Positions 47,201 through 56,330 of a DNA stretch of 64,000 bases are shown in pieces. The notes beneath the pieces were generated by a model. The model saw only the letters and a list, made by a program, of their open reading frames with translations. It made no database searches and was not told where the DNA came from. Position 1 is the stretch's first letter. Each line of letters starts with the position of its first letter. The stretch comes from a virus (Duplodnaviria; Caudoviricetes). The translations under genes and the position numbers were made by a program. The stretch lies in IMG/VR virus record IMGVR_UViG_3300032038_000021, positions 54,901 to 118,900 of that record; one strand, given 5' to 3'.

Positions 47201-50200
47201 TAGAACTGGTGATCGTCTATATTCCACCACCAATCAAGATAAGATATTAATTTGCCAATAAACGATGATGCGTTTTCATTAGTGATCTTATATAGATCTC
47301 CGTTCCTCTGATTAATATAATATTGACCAATAATAGAGGTATAATTATCTTTCGTAACTCTAAGTAGATGATAATACTTTTCGTCTGTATAGAAATTAAA
47401 CGTACCTTCATCGTACTCAATTTTATCCGGAGTTATAGTATCATCCGATTCTTCGGTAATTTCTCCACAATCCCAAATATCGTCTAAATCATATTCGGAC
47501 AATACGTATACGTAATCATCCTCATTAGCACCTAGAATATATTCAGCATTATTAGATCTACTACCGTAGACTACATTATCATTACTATTAAACCCTCTAT
47601 AGATATAAGTCTCATTACTATCAGGCATATAACCAAAGTCATACACCTTCCACATAATGTAATCATCTGAAGTCTCAGTACTCTCCAAGAAATCATAACT
47701 TATTTCTTCGATATAATCATTACCATAATCTGGAACCATTCCCATATCATAATCTTTACCATCTGATATGGTATTGGGATCAGAATCTTCTATAGATACA
47801 TAATCTCCCATCTCATATACTACAGTATACTCAGAATAGAATAGATTATCTTTATCCTCATATCCAAAATCCATATTATGGAAATGAGGTTCTGGCTCAT
47901 TCATTTCAGCCAGTAATAATTCTTCTGTATCAATAGAAGTCTTGGTAATTTCACCATAATCATAATCGTATAAATATTCTTCTTGGTCTAAATCATAGTG
48001 ATATCCGAAGTCGTATACAATATGCATTACGTCTTCATCTTCTCTATCATAACCATTTACTTTCTCTACAGTAGATACTAATATAGATCCTGGTACTGGT
48101 TCTGATTCACTATTATCTTCATCTCCACCATTAATACCATTATAATATAGATCTACTTGTTCTTCGCTCATACGATCATAATCCCAATAGAAAGTCTCGA
48201 AGTCTATTTCAAGAGCATTACTCATATCCATAATCTCTTCGGAATCTTCCTCGTTACCACAATCGTAATCTTCACCAATAAACTTTATATAAGTACCATC
48301 ATCTTCACATCCATAATCAGCCATTGCCAATATATCTTCTGGATGAGCATCATCTTCACAAGGACCTACAAAGGTGGCATTAGTGTCATCTTCTTCATCG
48401 TCCTCATCGTCAAATATAGCATCATCCGGTCCAATATATTCTATCTCAGGACTTTCATCCCCACATTCATCTTCACCATTTTCTAACCAATAGTAAGGAA
48501 TCTCTACGGGCTTAGGCTTATCTCCAATCGGATGAAGTTCGTCGTAGAAAGCAAAATCATAACTACCATCGATAAAAGCTTGACCTTCTCTCATATCGAT
48601 GAATTGTATATAATCTTCGTCTCCCATTTCAGATATTTCATCTGAGACTCTGGCTCTTATATCTTCTTCATCTATTCCTTCTATTGTAGCATTTTCTCTA
48701 GCTACAGGATCATTATTAATATCATCGGTAGGGAATATATAAGAGGCATAATCAGGAGCAGTATTAGCAAGATACTCTTCGAGATCTTCATAACCAAATT
48801 CCATATTCTGGTAATGGTTATAATCATACCATTCATCTTTCTGATCATCTTCAGATTCACAATCTACGATGTCATCTATAGTATGATATATATTATTCTG
48901 CTCTTCTAATTCCTTATAATACTCTTGTATCTGGATATCATAATTCTCTAATAATTCATAACCATCTTCATATCCAAATTCATACAATCCACTAAGATCT
49001 TTAATGTTATTATCCGCTGGATATAGAGAATCGTGATCAAATTCAAAGATTTGAGCACCGGTGGTATCCATTATTCCCCTTATAGACTCTTCTTCTCCAA
49101 AATCATATTCCCTATCCATATGACCAGGAATTATATAATATTCTTCGTCACCATAGTCGTATACAGTACCGTCAAATTCACTCTCAAAAGTAGGATACTC
49201 TTCCTCTTCTCCACAATCTATATATTCTCTCAGATTGATTTCATCCTCTGGATTAAATGATCCAAAATCAAGATTCGGTAATTCCCATTCAACAGGACCA
49301 CCATCTTCATCTTTACCATCTCCAGTCCATACATAACCACCATCTATATCAATAAACGGTTCAAAGTCTGGTATAGGATTATTATCTCTCTTTATAACTG
49401 CTTCAGAAGGATTGTTTACATCTATATCTTCTCCGGTATATAGACCATTACAACAGTATAAGAATAATATAATATTGCGAATATTAAAGAAAGTATTCTG
49501 CTGTATAGAAGGAATTCCAATATTAATAGCACTTACATCTATCTTGGTATTTAATAACATACCAAGATAATAATTTTGCTCATAACTAAACTGACTTAGA
49601 GAAACATTATACTCTAAGCCCATAAATTTAGTTCCTTCTATTGTAAAGTCATGATCTCTATACGTACCATTATCATAATAACTGGTAGCAAGATGCTGAT
49701 TCTTTACATAGGCGTGGTTATCTTCACCATCCCAATATTTATCATCTAAAGTAATCTCGTCATAATCTACACGATAATTAAAATCTTTAATATAATTATC
49801 ATATTGATCGTCTATTGGAACTTTAATGAATTCCAAATCATAAATATTACCAGCTTGATCCTTGATTACTCTAGTAGATTGCTCATATTGCATTCTGGCT
49901 TCAGTGGTTTTATAATCTTCTACTATATGCTCTTCTTCCCATCCAAAATCATAAGTATATAATTCGAATTCAGAAAGATCGTCATATTCAGCAGTAGCAG
50001 ATTCCATACCGTAATCAAATACTTCATACGGATCTCCCAAAGGATCATTACCGATCATATCATTTCCATAACCATCTCCGGTAGAGTTTAATATATCTGT
50101 ATGATCCTCATCGCCATAATGATATAATTCATTATCTTCCCACCAACCGTCTAATACGTAATTACCAAACGCATCCTTAGGAAGAGTAGTCCAAGCAGCA

Positions 50201-51540
50201 ATATTAGGAGTCTCTTCAGATCCATAATCATACATATAAAGAACTTCGTCGTTTACAATATAATTAGGATCATCGAAATCTTGGAAATCAAATTCATATT
50301 CATCTACTTCAGAAGATTCTTCACCAGAATCATCGTCCGAATCTTCATCGTCTAACACTTCACCATAATCGTATTCTGATGCCATTTCCCATTCTTCTGG
50401 GGGTGGTGGAAATCCAGTAATAGTATGAGATTTAAGATCAGTGGTACGATATTTTTTCAATAAATAATATTGATAAACTTGAGTGTCTTCAGAGGCAAAA
50501 ATTTCAAGAATATCAAAGATATTCTTATCGGTGGATTTATATCTAATTAATCGATTAAGATTTTTTACTATTCTAATCTGATATCTCATTGGAATATCTT
50601 CAAAGAATTTTACTCCTTGAGATTCCAAGAAATATTGTACAGATCTAAGATCAATTATATCTCTTCTTATATACCATTCTGGAGTATCTACGATCATATC
50701 ATTAAAGGTTTGACAAACGATCATAAACATTACCATTTCTTGGAAATGGTCAGAACGTACACTGTAAGCTAATTGATCTATCTTTCTTTCATAAACGTTT
50801 CTATTTGCTGCGTATAATTCTTTAAATCTAGTAGATACGTATATATCTACTGGAGGCATATATAATATATCCCAATTATTAGCAATTCTAGCAGTATAAA
50901 TATCTATCTTTCTTCCACCTAAGAATCTAAGATATTTATATCCTTCTCTACTATCTTTATCTTCGTTATTATTGATATACTTATCATAAAGTATATCCAT
51001 AATACCAATTGTTTCCAAAGTAGTAATTTCTGTAACAGAATATTCATGTATTGGTTTTGAGAAATCAAAATCAGTTCTAGCATTATCTATATCCAGATAC
51101 TGACCATAAGTCTCATAATCAATATAAATATCAAATTCATCTGTATCTATCGGGGGTAATCCGTTTAATCTTCTATAATATAAATTCTCCTCTTCGTAAT
51201 CTTCTAAGAATCTTTTATTACAAAATGCTAATATTTGTTCTGATTCTTCTTTTGTAACTTTGGTCGGATCTTCTACTATATTGGAAGCAGCATATCCAGA
51301 ATATCCATACTCTCTAAGATATGCATATAATAAAGTAGGAGGGAAAAATCCCAATCTCATAGATCCATTTTTTACAGCTAAAAAATAATCAGACCATTCT
51401 AATGAAGAAGGAGTTTCATAACTAGTAGCAACCTCTTCATTCTTTAAAACCATATCATCCAATATGATTTTAGAATATTTTACAATCGCATCCATTAGGG
51501 GATGACTTGTATTTGCGGAATTATTTATATAAAATGCCAA
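44290..51540 (-). CDS. Giant acidic virion structural protein, putative baseplate/fibre-attachment scaffold (2416 aa)
   Basis: TTG start after AAGGAGG; globular N-terminus (EEENLYYR.LNGLP; LIRYKST) followed by ~30 (Y)D/E-F/Y/C-G-x-E and ~9 (I/L)DGG-type motifs. Confidence 0.65.
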   Translation of the reverse strand: MAFYINNSANTSHPLMDAIVKYSKIILDDMVLKNEEVATSYETPSSLEWSDYFLAVKNGSMRLGFFPPTLLYAYLREYGYSGYAASNIVEDPTKVTKEESEQILAFCNKRFLEDYEEENLYYRRLNGLPPIDTDEFDIYIDYETYGQYLDIDNARTDFDFSKPIHEYSVTEITTLETIGIMDILYDKYINNNEDKDSREGYKYLRFLGGRKIDIYTARIANNWDILYMPPVDIYVSTRFKELYAANRNVYERKIDQLAYSVRSDHFQEMVMFMIVCQTFNDMIVDTPEWYIRRDIIDLRSVQYFLESQGVKFFEDIPMRYQIRIVKNLNRLIRYKSTDKNIFDILEIFASEDTQVYQYYLLKKYRTTDLKSHTITGFPPPPEEWEMASEYDYGEVLDDEDSDDDSGEESSEVDEYEFDFQDFDDPNYIVNDEVLYMYDYGSEETPNIAAWTTLPKDAFGNYVLDGWWEDNELYHYGDEDHTDILNSTGDGYGNDMIGNDPLGDPYEVFDYGMESATAEYDDLSEFELYTYDFGWEEEHIVEDYKTTEARMQYEQSTRVIKDQAGNIYDLEFIKVPIDDQYDNYIKDFNYRVDYDEITLDDKYWDGEDNHAYVKNQHLATSYYDNGTYRDHDFTIEGTKFMGLEYNVSLSQFSYEQNYYLGMLLNTKIDVSAINIGIPSIQQNTFFNIRNIILFLYCCNGLYTGEDIDVNNPSEAVIKRDNNPIPDFEPFIDIDGGYVWTGDGKDEDGGPVEWELPNLDFGSFNPEDEINLREYIDCGEEEEYPTFESEFDGTVYDYGDEEYYIIPGHMDREYDFGEEESIRGIMDTTGAQIFEFDHDSLYPADNNIKDLSGLYEFGYEDGYELLENYDIQIQEYYKELEEQNNIYHTIDDIVDCESEDDQKDEWYDYNHYQNMEFGYEDLEEYLANTAPDYASYIFPTDDINNDPVARENATIEGIDEEDIRARVSDEISEMGDEDYIQFIDMREGQAFIDGSYDFAFYDELHPIGDKPKPVEIPYYWLENGEDECGDESPEIEYIGPDDAIFDDEDDEEDDTNATFVGPCEDDAHPEDILAMADYGCEDDGTYIKFIGEDYDCGNEEDSEEIMDMSNALEIDFETFYWDYDRMSEEQVDLYYNGINGGDEDNSESEPVPGSILVSTVEKVNGYDREDEDVMHIVYDFGYHYDLDQEEYLYDYDYGEITKTSIDTEELLLAEMNEPEPHFHNMDFGYEDKDNLFYSEYTVVYEMGDYVSIEDSDPNTISDGKDYDMGMVPDYGNDYIEEISYDFLESTETSDDYIMWKVYDFGYMPDSNETYIYRGFNSNDNVVYGSRSNNAEYILGANEDDYVYVLSEYDLDDIWDCGEITEESDDTITPDKIEYDEGTFNFYTDEKYYHLLRVTKDNYTSIIGQYYINQRNGDLYKITNENASSFIGKLISYLDWWWNIDDHQFYEEDYNGSNAGEMDLVINIDNYEMIIGQQYVNPLTGDREVITREKALSYTYTDLEFFIDNDNKEKFIHSQYLHNVENKWYEITWSNVDNVVERANTYYDGKITVRVNSNNYKKLVGTTYIDPPSGDHLEFDLVIGKRFTYTNVSILDWYWNNTNRDFIKTYYLNADGGRMPYNLVTQSYYYDYIRSDHTLLYKDCMGRIYGFNMAVELEQLEDDINFNHSKFGFKRAYTLKDLGCDTYIVQRKFNSLAELYQVYENNTKCYNNIKALYENAESRDEKRVIEYVFYTLFTRPYDMEFYIINNGDIAKTYDQVLEKHDYTLYKKYRELQDEVETTTRIYNVRNIMNDLVDTLSYYMNRDTIKYALSFIYTCSFDAMLNYIQEMIDFFKSWKVQFVGRKINYSVDDKMNNTAIYGDQIGEAKYKYYGAANGYMSDTVKVNVMYFPRDGADRNNRNTNFDAEVIDLAAHYVDNDIFFEKDYDGCRLGKEESMYAGEDQIELDGGRFYEIINEDGSTDIHSQIDEYCYYQINGGRLDKWFDLHDLDGGGVRDYRDNGWGDTRIINDNSTGYCDIDGGSFAEKYIGYDYMINGNINQELGISRKPYNYNMVDPRPKNQEFKSYDINGGIPNIHTIYTPTAITRISSFNEVSVDVRIASIPNNGLEIVYTQGIEPPVWPMRNVDFGDEDKPDQLDDYGDLDNPGDSFIIGDITAYGNEDESPNSVENTFIGLDEYYNENDEDYAISYIDNRTSVNYRVYEFGEEEIDRSVEDAIEGELIYDYGELISGTDNKEDMVDPDYKSSDIGLYFDYTKYASASKLANAANTLDTYGKEREDELKDLNYIMSIVQNEETATTYVRGVIAKKLFSMGYILSKFGEGEETYRNNLVDYLERIYSKDLFFWYNEVDPFSWTDFGGNKIRTGTEVEFGDIDCEDMDISGDDIVRFLYLFGNDDEAGNSEENIPLGNYDFGDEDILAS

Positions 51541-51572
51541 GGAAGACGTACCTCCTTTCTTGAAGATTTGAG

Positions 51573-51586
51573 ATTAATAATATGTG
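51573..51586 (-). promoter_or_regulatory. Putative late promoter CACA-N6-TAAT
   Basis: CACATATTATTAAT; CACATATTATTAA also lies upstream of the fibre gene (24127-24140). Confidence 0.55.
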
Positions 51587-51655
51587 AAAAAGGTAGCCTA
51601 TTACACGAAAAAAGAAAAAATAAAGGAGGAGATAAATCTCCCCCTCTATATTTTA

Positions 51656-51958
51656 TTACTTCCTTTCGTTAAAGAACCCACACGTTTTTCTGATATTAGA
51701 TGCAATATCTTTCAAGCTATAAGTATGGGAATATATCGTTTGATCGTTCCCGAACTTATACTTGAAAACGTATTTGTCTACAGTTTCAGATTGCTCTATA
51801 AACCCAATTATTATGTTGGGATTATTAGACATATGAGCCCATAGGAATTCTACAAACTCATAGTCGTCCGAGCATTCATTGATCATGCTTCTTAAAGAGT
51901 TATAATCCATTATCATTTTAGAATTATAACTATTATTACTACTTATAAATATCTTCAT
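51656..51958 (-). CDS. Hypothetical protein (100 aa)
   Basis: GGGGT RBS and early-type motif at 52003-52017. Confidence 0.7.
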   Translation of the reverse strand: MKIFISSNNSYNSKMIMDYNSLRSMINECSDDYEFVEFLWAHMSNNPNIIIGFIEQSETVDKYVFKYKFGNDQTIYSHTYSLKDIASNIRKTCGFFNERK

Positions 51959-52071
51959 TTTTACCCCTTTCTATAATAGAAGATTAATTATTTATACACT
52001 ATTATAGTATATTATTATTTATACATAAATTTACCCCGTTCACATTAAATTAATAGAGAGGTACTAATATT

Positions 52072-52881
52072 ATGGGAGAAAAAATTAAAGTGTTTGAATC
52101 TATAAACGAATCTGAATCTAAAACCAACCAAAATGTAAATGATTACGATGTATACTCGCTGGGTGATAAGAACCCGGCAATTCATTCTCCCTCTGCACCC
52201 TATGATATTTACTTCTATCAAACGAAAGCTACTTTAAGTGATCCTGAAGTCTATAGGAATTTTATAAAGAATGCTGAAACTAGATTTAGAAGAAGTCCCG
52301 ATTATAAAGTATATAAAGCATATCTAATGGGTTTAGGGTTCGATCATTGTCAAATTATGGGAGATATTGAATCTGAAGACGGAGTTGATATCGAATTGCA
52401 CCATAATATATTGACGCTATTCGATGATTGTATTCTTATCTGCGAGCATGTATTAAATACTGTAGGGTATATTTCTTCTTTTGACCTTATACAACTTTTA
52501 ATAAATGAGCATAGAGCTAATAGAATTCCTTGTTGCTTTTTATCGGTAACAGCTCACCAGATGTTTACAAACGATCCTGAAGCTTATATACCTCCAGATA
52601 TGACATTTGGAAAATGGTGGGAATTATTATCAAGATATCGTTACGGGATTACATATGATATAGCAAATAAAGTTAATAAATATATCAATAAATACCAAAA
52701 TCAATTACCAACTACGATACAAATAATACCGCAAGAACAGATATTGAATTTTGCATATTATAATGAATTTGGAGCTAATGTTTCTCCAATGGATTTAATA
52801 CCCTATAAAGACGCTAACGAGATTGAAACTAACACGGGTGGGGATTTCTATATAGAAGATAAAAGTAATAGTGTATACTAG
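52072..52881 (+). CDS. Hypothetical protein with C...IELHH...H motif (possible HNH-like fold)
   Basis: 269-aa ORF, GAGG RBS, CACA-N6-TAAT at 52041-52054. Confidence 0.65.
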   Translation: MGEKIKVFESINESESKTNQNVNDYDVYSLGDKNPAIHSPSAPYDIYFYQTKATLSDPEVYRNFIKNAETRFRRSPDYKVYKAYLMGLGFDHCQIMGDIESEDGVDIELHHNILTLFDDCILICEHVLNTVGYISSFDLIQLLINEHRANRIPCCFLSVTAHQMFTNDPEAYIPPDMTFGKWWELLSRYRYGITYDIANKVNKYINKYQNQLPTTIQIIPQEQILNFAYYNEFGANVSPMDLIPYKDANEIETNTGGDFYIEDKSNSVY

Positions 52882-52899
52882 AATATACTATTAAGATAT

Positions 52900-53304
52900 A
52901 TGGAGGATAAAGAATTGCATTTATTATCTTTATTAGCAGTAAAAGAAGCAAATGCTTCTAAGCCTGCCGGAGAATATGAGTCTATATGGTTAATAATTAT
53001 TGCAATATTATTAATTGTAGTTTTATTTAGTTATTCTTCCAGACTCAATAATCTTGATAAGATGATACAAATGCTTAATGAAAAGATTAATAATCTGGAA
53101 GATTCTATACATAAATTAAAAAATAAACCTAGAGATCATATACCTATATTTAATAATAAGAATATTATGGTATCTGGACCTTTTAATGAAGACAATATTG
53201 AAGATCCAGAAGAATTGATAAACACTACTCCAAAAATATCTAAATTGTTTGATCCCCGTGTCAAGCATAAAGATAATAAAAAAGAGGACGATAAAAAAGA
53301 ATAA
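52900..53304 (+). CDS. Hypothetical membrane protein with coiled coil
   Basis: Hydrophobic IWLIIIAILLIVVLF segment followed by heptads. Confidence 0.65.
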   Translation: MEDKELHLLSLLAVKEANASKPAGEYESIWLIIIAILLIVVLFSYSSRLNNLDKMIQMLNEKINNLEDSIHKLKNKPRDHIPIFNNKNIMVSGPFNEDNIEDPEELINTTPKISKLFDPRVKHKDNKKEDDKKE

Positions 53305-53316
53305 GGAGAACCCACC

Positions 53317-53724
53317 ATGTCTACTACAATCCAAACAATATTGATTATCTGTATTGCGATAGTAGTTATAGTTAATATATTAAATATAAAAAAGAATAAT
53401 CAATTACAACAGAAAATAAATATTTGTACCGAATTACATAAGCAACTATTAGCAATAATAGTAGAACAAGAATATGTGGTTAGTAATGAATTGGATAAAT
53501 TGATAGACGATCTATGGAATAATAAAGTTGATAAATTAATACAGCAAGCGAAAGAAATGGGGAAAGAGGAAGAGATTATTCTCTGTCCTTATCATGATCA
53601 GGTTATTACTGCTTATAGAGAATGGCAAAATGAAACAGTTTCCAAGATCAAATATATAAAACGTAAACAGTCTAATATGACTAAGAGAATGGAAACAATT
53701 CTAAATATAGATAAATATGAATGA
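53317..53724 (+). CDS. Hypothetical protein with N-terminal TM anchor
   Basis: AAGGAG RBS; ILIICIAIVVIV segment. Confidence 0.7.
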   Translation: MSTTIQTILIICIAIVVIVNILNIKKNNQLQQKINICTELHKQLLAIIVEQEYVVSNELDKLIDDLWNNKVDKLIQQAKEMGKEEEIILCPYHDQVITAYREWQNETVSKIKYIKRKQSNMTKRMETILNIDKYE

Positions 53725-53735
53725 GGGATAAATAA

Positions 53736-54206
53736 ATGAAAAATAGTGATATGATTCTAATGCTTATTATCATAATAGTAGTGTCTTGGTTGGTGCTTTG
53801 TTCTGTTATTAGTTTTCTTATTACTACTAGAATTAGTAATAAAAATAAACAAGTAAATGATAATAATGGAGCTGTTGATTTAGGTAGGATAAAAATTCTT
53901 CTTGAAGATAATGCTGTAGATAGAATAGATGAAGTATTAGATAAGTATATTATAAATGCTGCTAATATATACCAAGTTCTTGAAATAGCAAAAACTCAGA
54001 AAGAATTCCTAAATAGTGAGGATATAGAAAGAATGATATCTTATATATCCACTATGGTATTGAAAAATATGACTCCAGAAACCATATCACTATTAAGTAT
54101 CACTCATGTAATAAATAATAATAAAGATCTAATAGATTTGATACAACTACGTACAAAATTATATGTACTAAACTTCTCTATTGAATTTAATGTAATTAAA
54201 GAATAA
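53736..54206 (+). CDS. Hypothetical protein with N-terminal TM anchor
   Basis: Hydrophobic residues ~7-31; terminator follows. Confidence 0.7.
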   Translation: MKNSDMILMLIIIIVVSWLVLCSVISFLITTRISNKNKQVNDNNGAVDLGRIKILLEDNAVDRIDEVLDKYIINAANIYQVLEIAKTQKEFLNSEDIERMISYISTMVLKNMTPETISLLSITHVINNNKDLIDLIQLRTKLYVLNFSIEFNVIKE

Positions 54207-54211
54207 AAAAT

Positions 54212-54243
54212 AAAGTCCTAGGGATATAAAACCCTAGGACTTT
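54212..54243. terminator. Bidirectional intrinsic terminator
   Basis: AAAGTCCTAGGG-atataaaa-CCCTAGGACTTT between convergent genes. Confidence 0.88.
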
Positions 54244-55060
54244 ATGGTGCTGCTATTAGATAAGAATATATTGTTCTTAGAATATTCAAATTACAATCAA
54301 TATTGATTCTATCTATATATTGTTGATCTATATATTCTAATACAAAATTCTCATAAGTACTTCTAATTATATAACCCGATAGTGCGTTAAATTCTCTATA
54401 ATATTCTATTGGTAGTTTTCTATTAATATATTCATTATAGAATTTATTGAAATGTATTAATGCTGTATTCTTACCGCCATTAAGATATGAATTAATTATA
54501 TCTACAATAAATGATATAAAATAATTATGTAAATATAATTTACTATTATTTATTCCTATAATATCTACATCATAACCACTATTATCTCCAGGTCCAAAAA
54601 AGAATAATACATTACTAGTCTTAAGATTCATATAGAATGTATAATATCCTTTTTGTCTAAAAGTAACCTTATGATTACCGTTAATATATACATCTTTATA
54701 TCCTAAATCTGATATATTAATATAGCTAGAAAAACATACAGCATCATTAGCAATTCTTATTACTTTATTCGGATCTATATTACCCTCTTCCATTAATTTA
54801 TATTTTGCTTCTTCTATACCTTTATAAATATCAGTTTGAATAGAAGGATCTTTCTTAATCCAATTTCCTATAACGATTTCTCTTTCCATCTTAGGAGATA
54901 CAGATAATCTTCTATATTCTTCATCCGATATTCTATTAAAAGCTCTGAGAGTATTAATATTAGCTTGACTAATATCATACTCCCAGATATTAGAATCGAA
55001 TATAAATGGAATAGAAGTTAGATAATTATGTTTAGAAGCTAATTCAGACAACGTAATCAT
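54242..55060 (-). CDS. Hypothetical protein, possible family-B DNA polymerase palm-like piece
   Basis: IWEYDISQAN (motif A-like) and IRIANDAV (motif C-like); weak similarity only. Confidence 0.45.
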   Translation of the reverse strand: MITLSELASKHNYLTSIPFIFDSNIWEYDISQANINTLRAFNRISDEEYRRLSVSPKMEREIVIGNWIKKDPSIQTDIYKGIEEAKYKLMEEGNIDPNKVIRIANDAVCFSSYINISDLGYKDVYINGNHKVTFRQKGYYTFYMNLKTSNVLFFFGPGDNSGYDVDIIGINNSKLYLHNYFISFIVDIINSYLNGGKNTALIHFNKFYNEYINRKLPIEYYREFNALSGYIIRSTYENFVLEYIDQQYIDRINIDCNLNILRTIYSYLIAAP

Positions 55061-55544
55061 CCGATCTTACCAATCCGTTCTTTACTTTATAATCCTGATA
55101 GATATAATTATATCTCTCTATATCATTATCAAGATTATATATACCATAACCTTCTGCAAATCCAATATCTTCCGCAGATAACAGATCGTCTACATCGTTA
55201 ATATAACTACCAATAATACCATAACGTTGTTGTATTAATTTTAGTAGAGATTCTGTTATTATTTGACTCCAATCATCTTCAGATACCACTATAAATATGT
55301 CGATACCATTATACAGATCTATAATCATAGTCATGAATGTAGAGAAATTAATATCATTATCTATTATCCAATGCATATAATTGATATCAAATTCATACTC
55401 ATTGATAGATCCAAGACTATTTGGAGGAACTATTGGAATTCTATACGGTGCGTATCTTTCTGCTAAAGAAGTAAGATTATATATTTTAGTATTAGGTCTA
55501 TCAAATACATAATCTGCAGCTATAGCATTTCCGTACATTAACAT
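55044..55544 (-). CDS. Hypothetical protein
   Basis: 166-aa ORF with GAGG RBS; weakly similar in layout to 55669..56328 (PP...E..FD..Y...F...I..LY.G..I). Confidence 0.65.
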   Translation of the reverse strand: MLMYGNAIAADYVFDRPNTKIYNLTSLAERYAPYRIPIVPPNSLGSINEYEFDINYMHWIIDNDINFSTFMTMIIDLYNGIDIFIVVSEDDWSQIITESLLKLIQQRYGIIGSYINDVDDLLSAEDIGFAEGYGIYNLDNDIERYNYIYQDYKVKNGLVRSDDYVV

Positions 55545-55668
55545 TTTGTTTTCCTCGATAATATACAGATTATAATACTTATAATAAATATAGTTATTAC
55601 AATCCGTACTTTCTTTATTTTCTTCAAGTCTCTATTGATTAAATTCAATATAATATTATTATACTCAC

Positions 55669-56328
55669 TCACATTTTTACGAATGCCTCTCTTACTGTTG
55701 GTTTCTCATGAAGTATCTTTCTAAGTCTATAGATCGTATTTATCTTATTTTCAGATCCTTTATCTATTGGTCTAATATCTCCTATCAGCTTACTCATAAA
55801 CGAATCCAATATCTTTGCATCATTGGGATATTTTGATAAATATTCATAAGCAGATATAGCATCTACAGAATATAGCATATTTAACCACATTGGTATATTA
55901 GCATAATTGTAACTACATTCTCTGATACCAATAATTCCTATCCCTAACCCAAACTTATTCCAAAACAAATTCAACAGCTTAGGAATAGTTATTGATTCTG
56001 TAGGATTTAAATCTGGATAATAGAATAGAATATTATTTCCCCTATAGAGCATATTTATAATACCGGTAACAAATAACTGCATGTCTGGAATATTATAATA
56101 TTCATTGAGTATGGTATCATAACTATACTCGTCACCATCTTGCTCAGCTATTATAGCTTCAGGGGGCGGTAATAACATCGTCCCCTGAATAACTATATTA
56201 CCCTCTAGTTTATTATCTTCATCGAGATTTATTATGACAGTAGAGTCAGCTAAGCTATTAAGCAATTCTCTTATAAGAATGATATTATCTGTAATATCAA
56301 TTCTACCGGTCAATACTCGATTATCCAT
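55669..56328 (-). CDS. Hypothetical protein
   Basis: 219-aa ORF tightly coupled to the upstream gene. Confidence 0.7.
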   Translation of the reverse strand: MDNRVLTGRIDITDNIILIRELLNSLADSTVIINLDEDNKLEGNIVIQGTMLLPPPEAIIAEQDGDEYSYDTILNEYYNIPDMQLFVTGIINMLYRGNNILFYYPDLNPTESITIPKLLNLFWNKFGLGIGIIGIRECSYNYANIPMWLNMLYSVDAISAYEYLSKYPNDAKILDSFMSKLIGDIRPIDKGSENKINTIYRLRKILHEKPTVREAFVKM

Positions 56329-56330
56329 AT

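Noticed and set aside
52900-54206. Three membrane proteins as a holin/spanin lysis cassette
   Set aside because: No endolysin nearby and no lipobox or other diagnostic motif; left as hypothetical membrane proteins.
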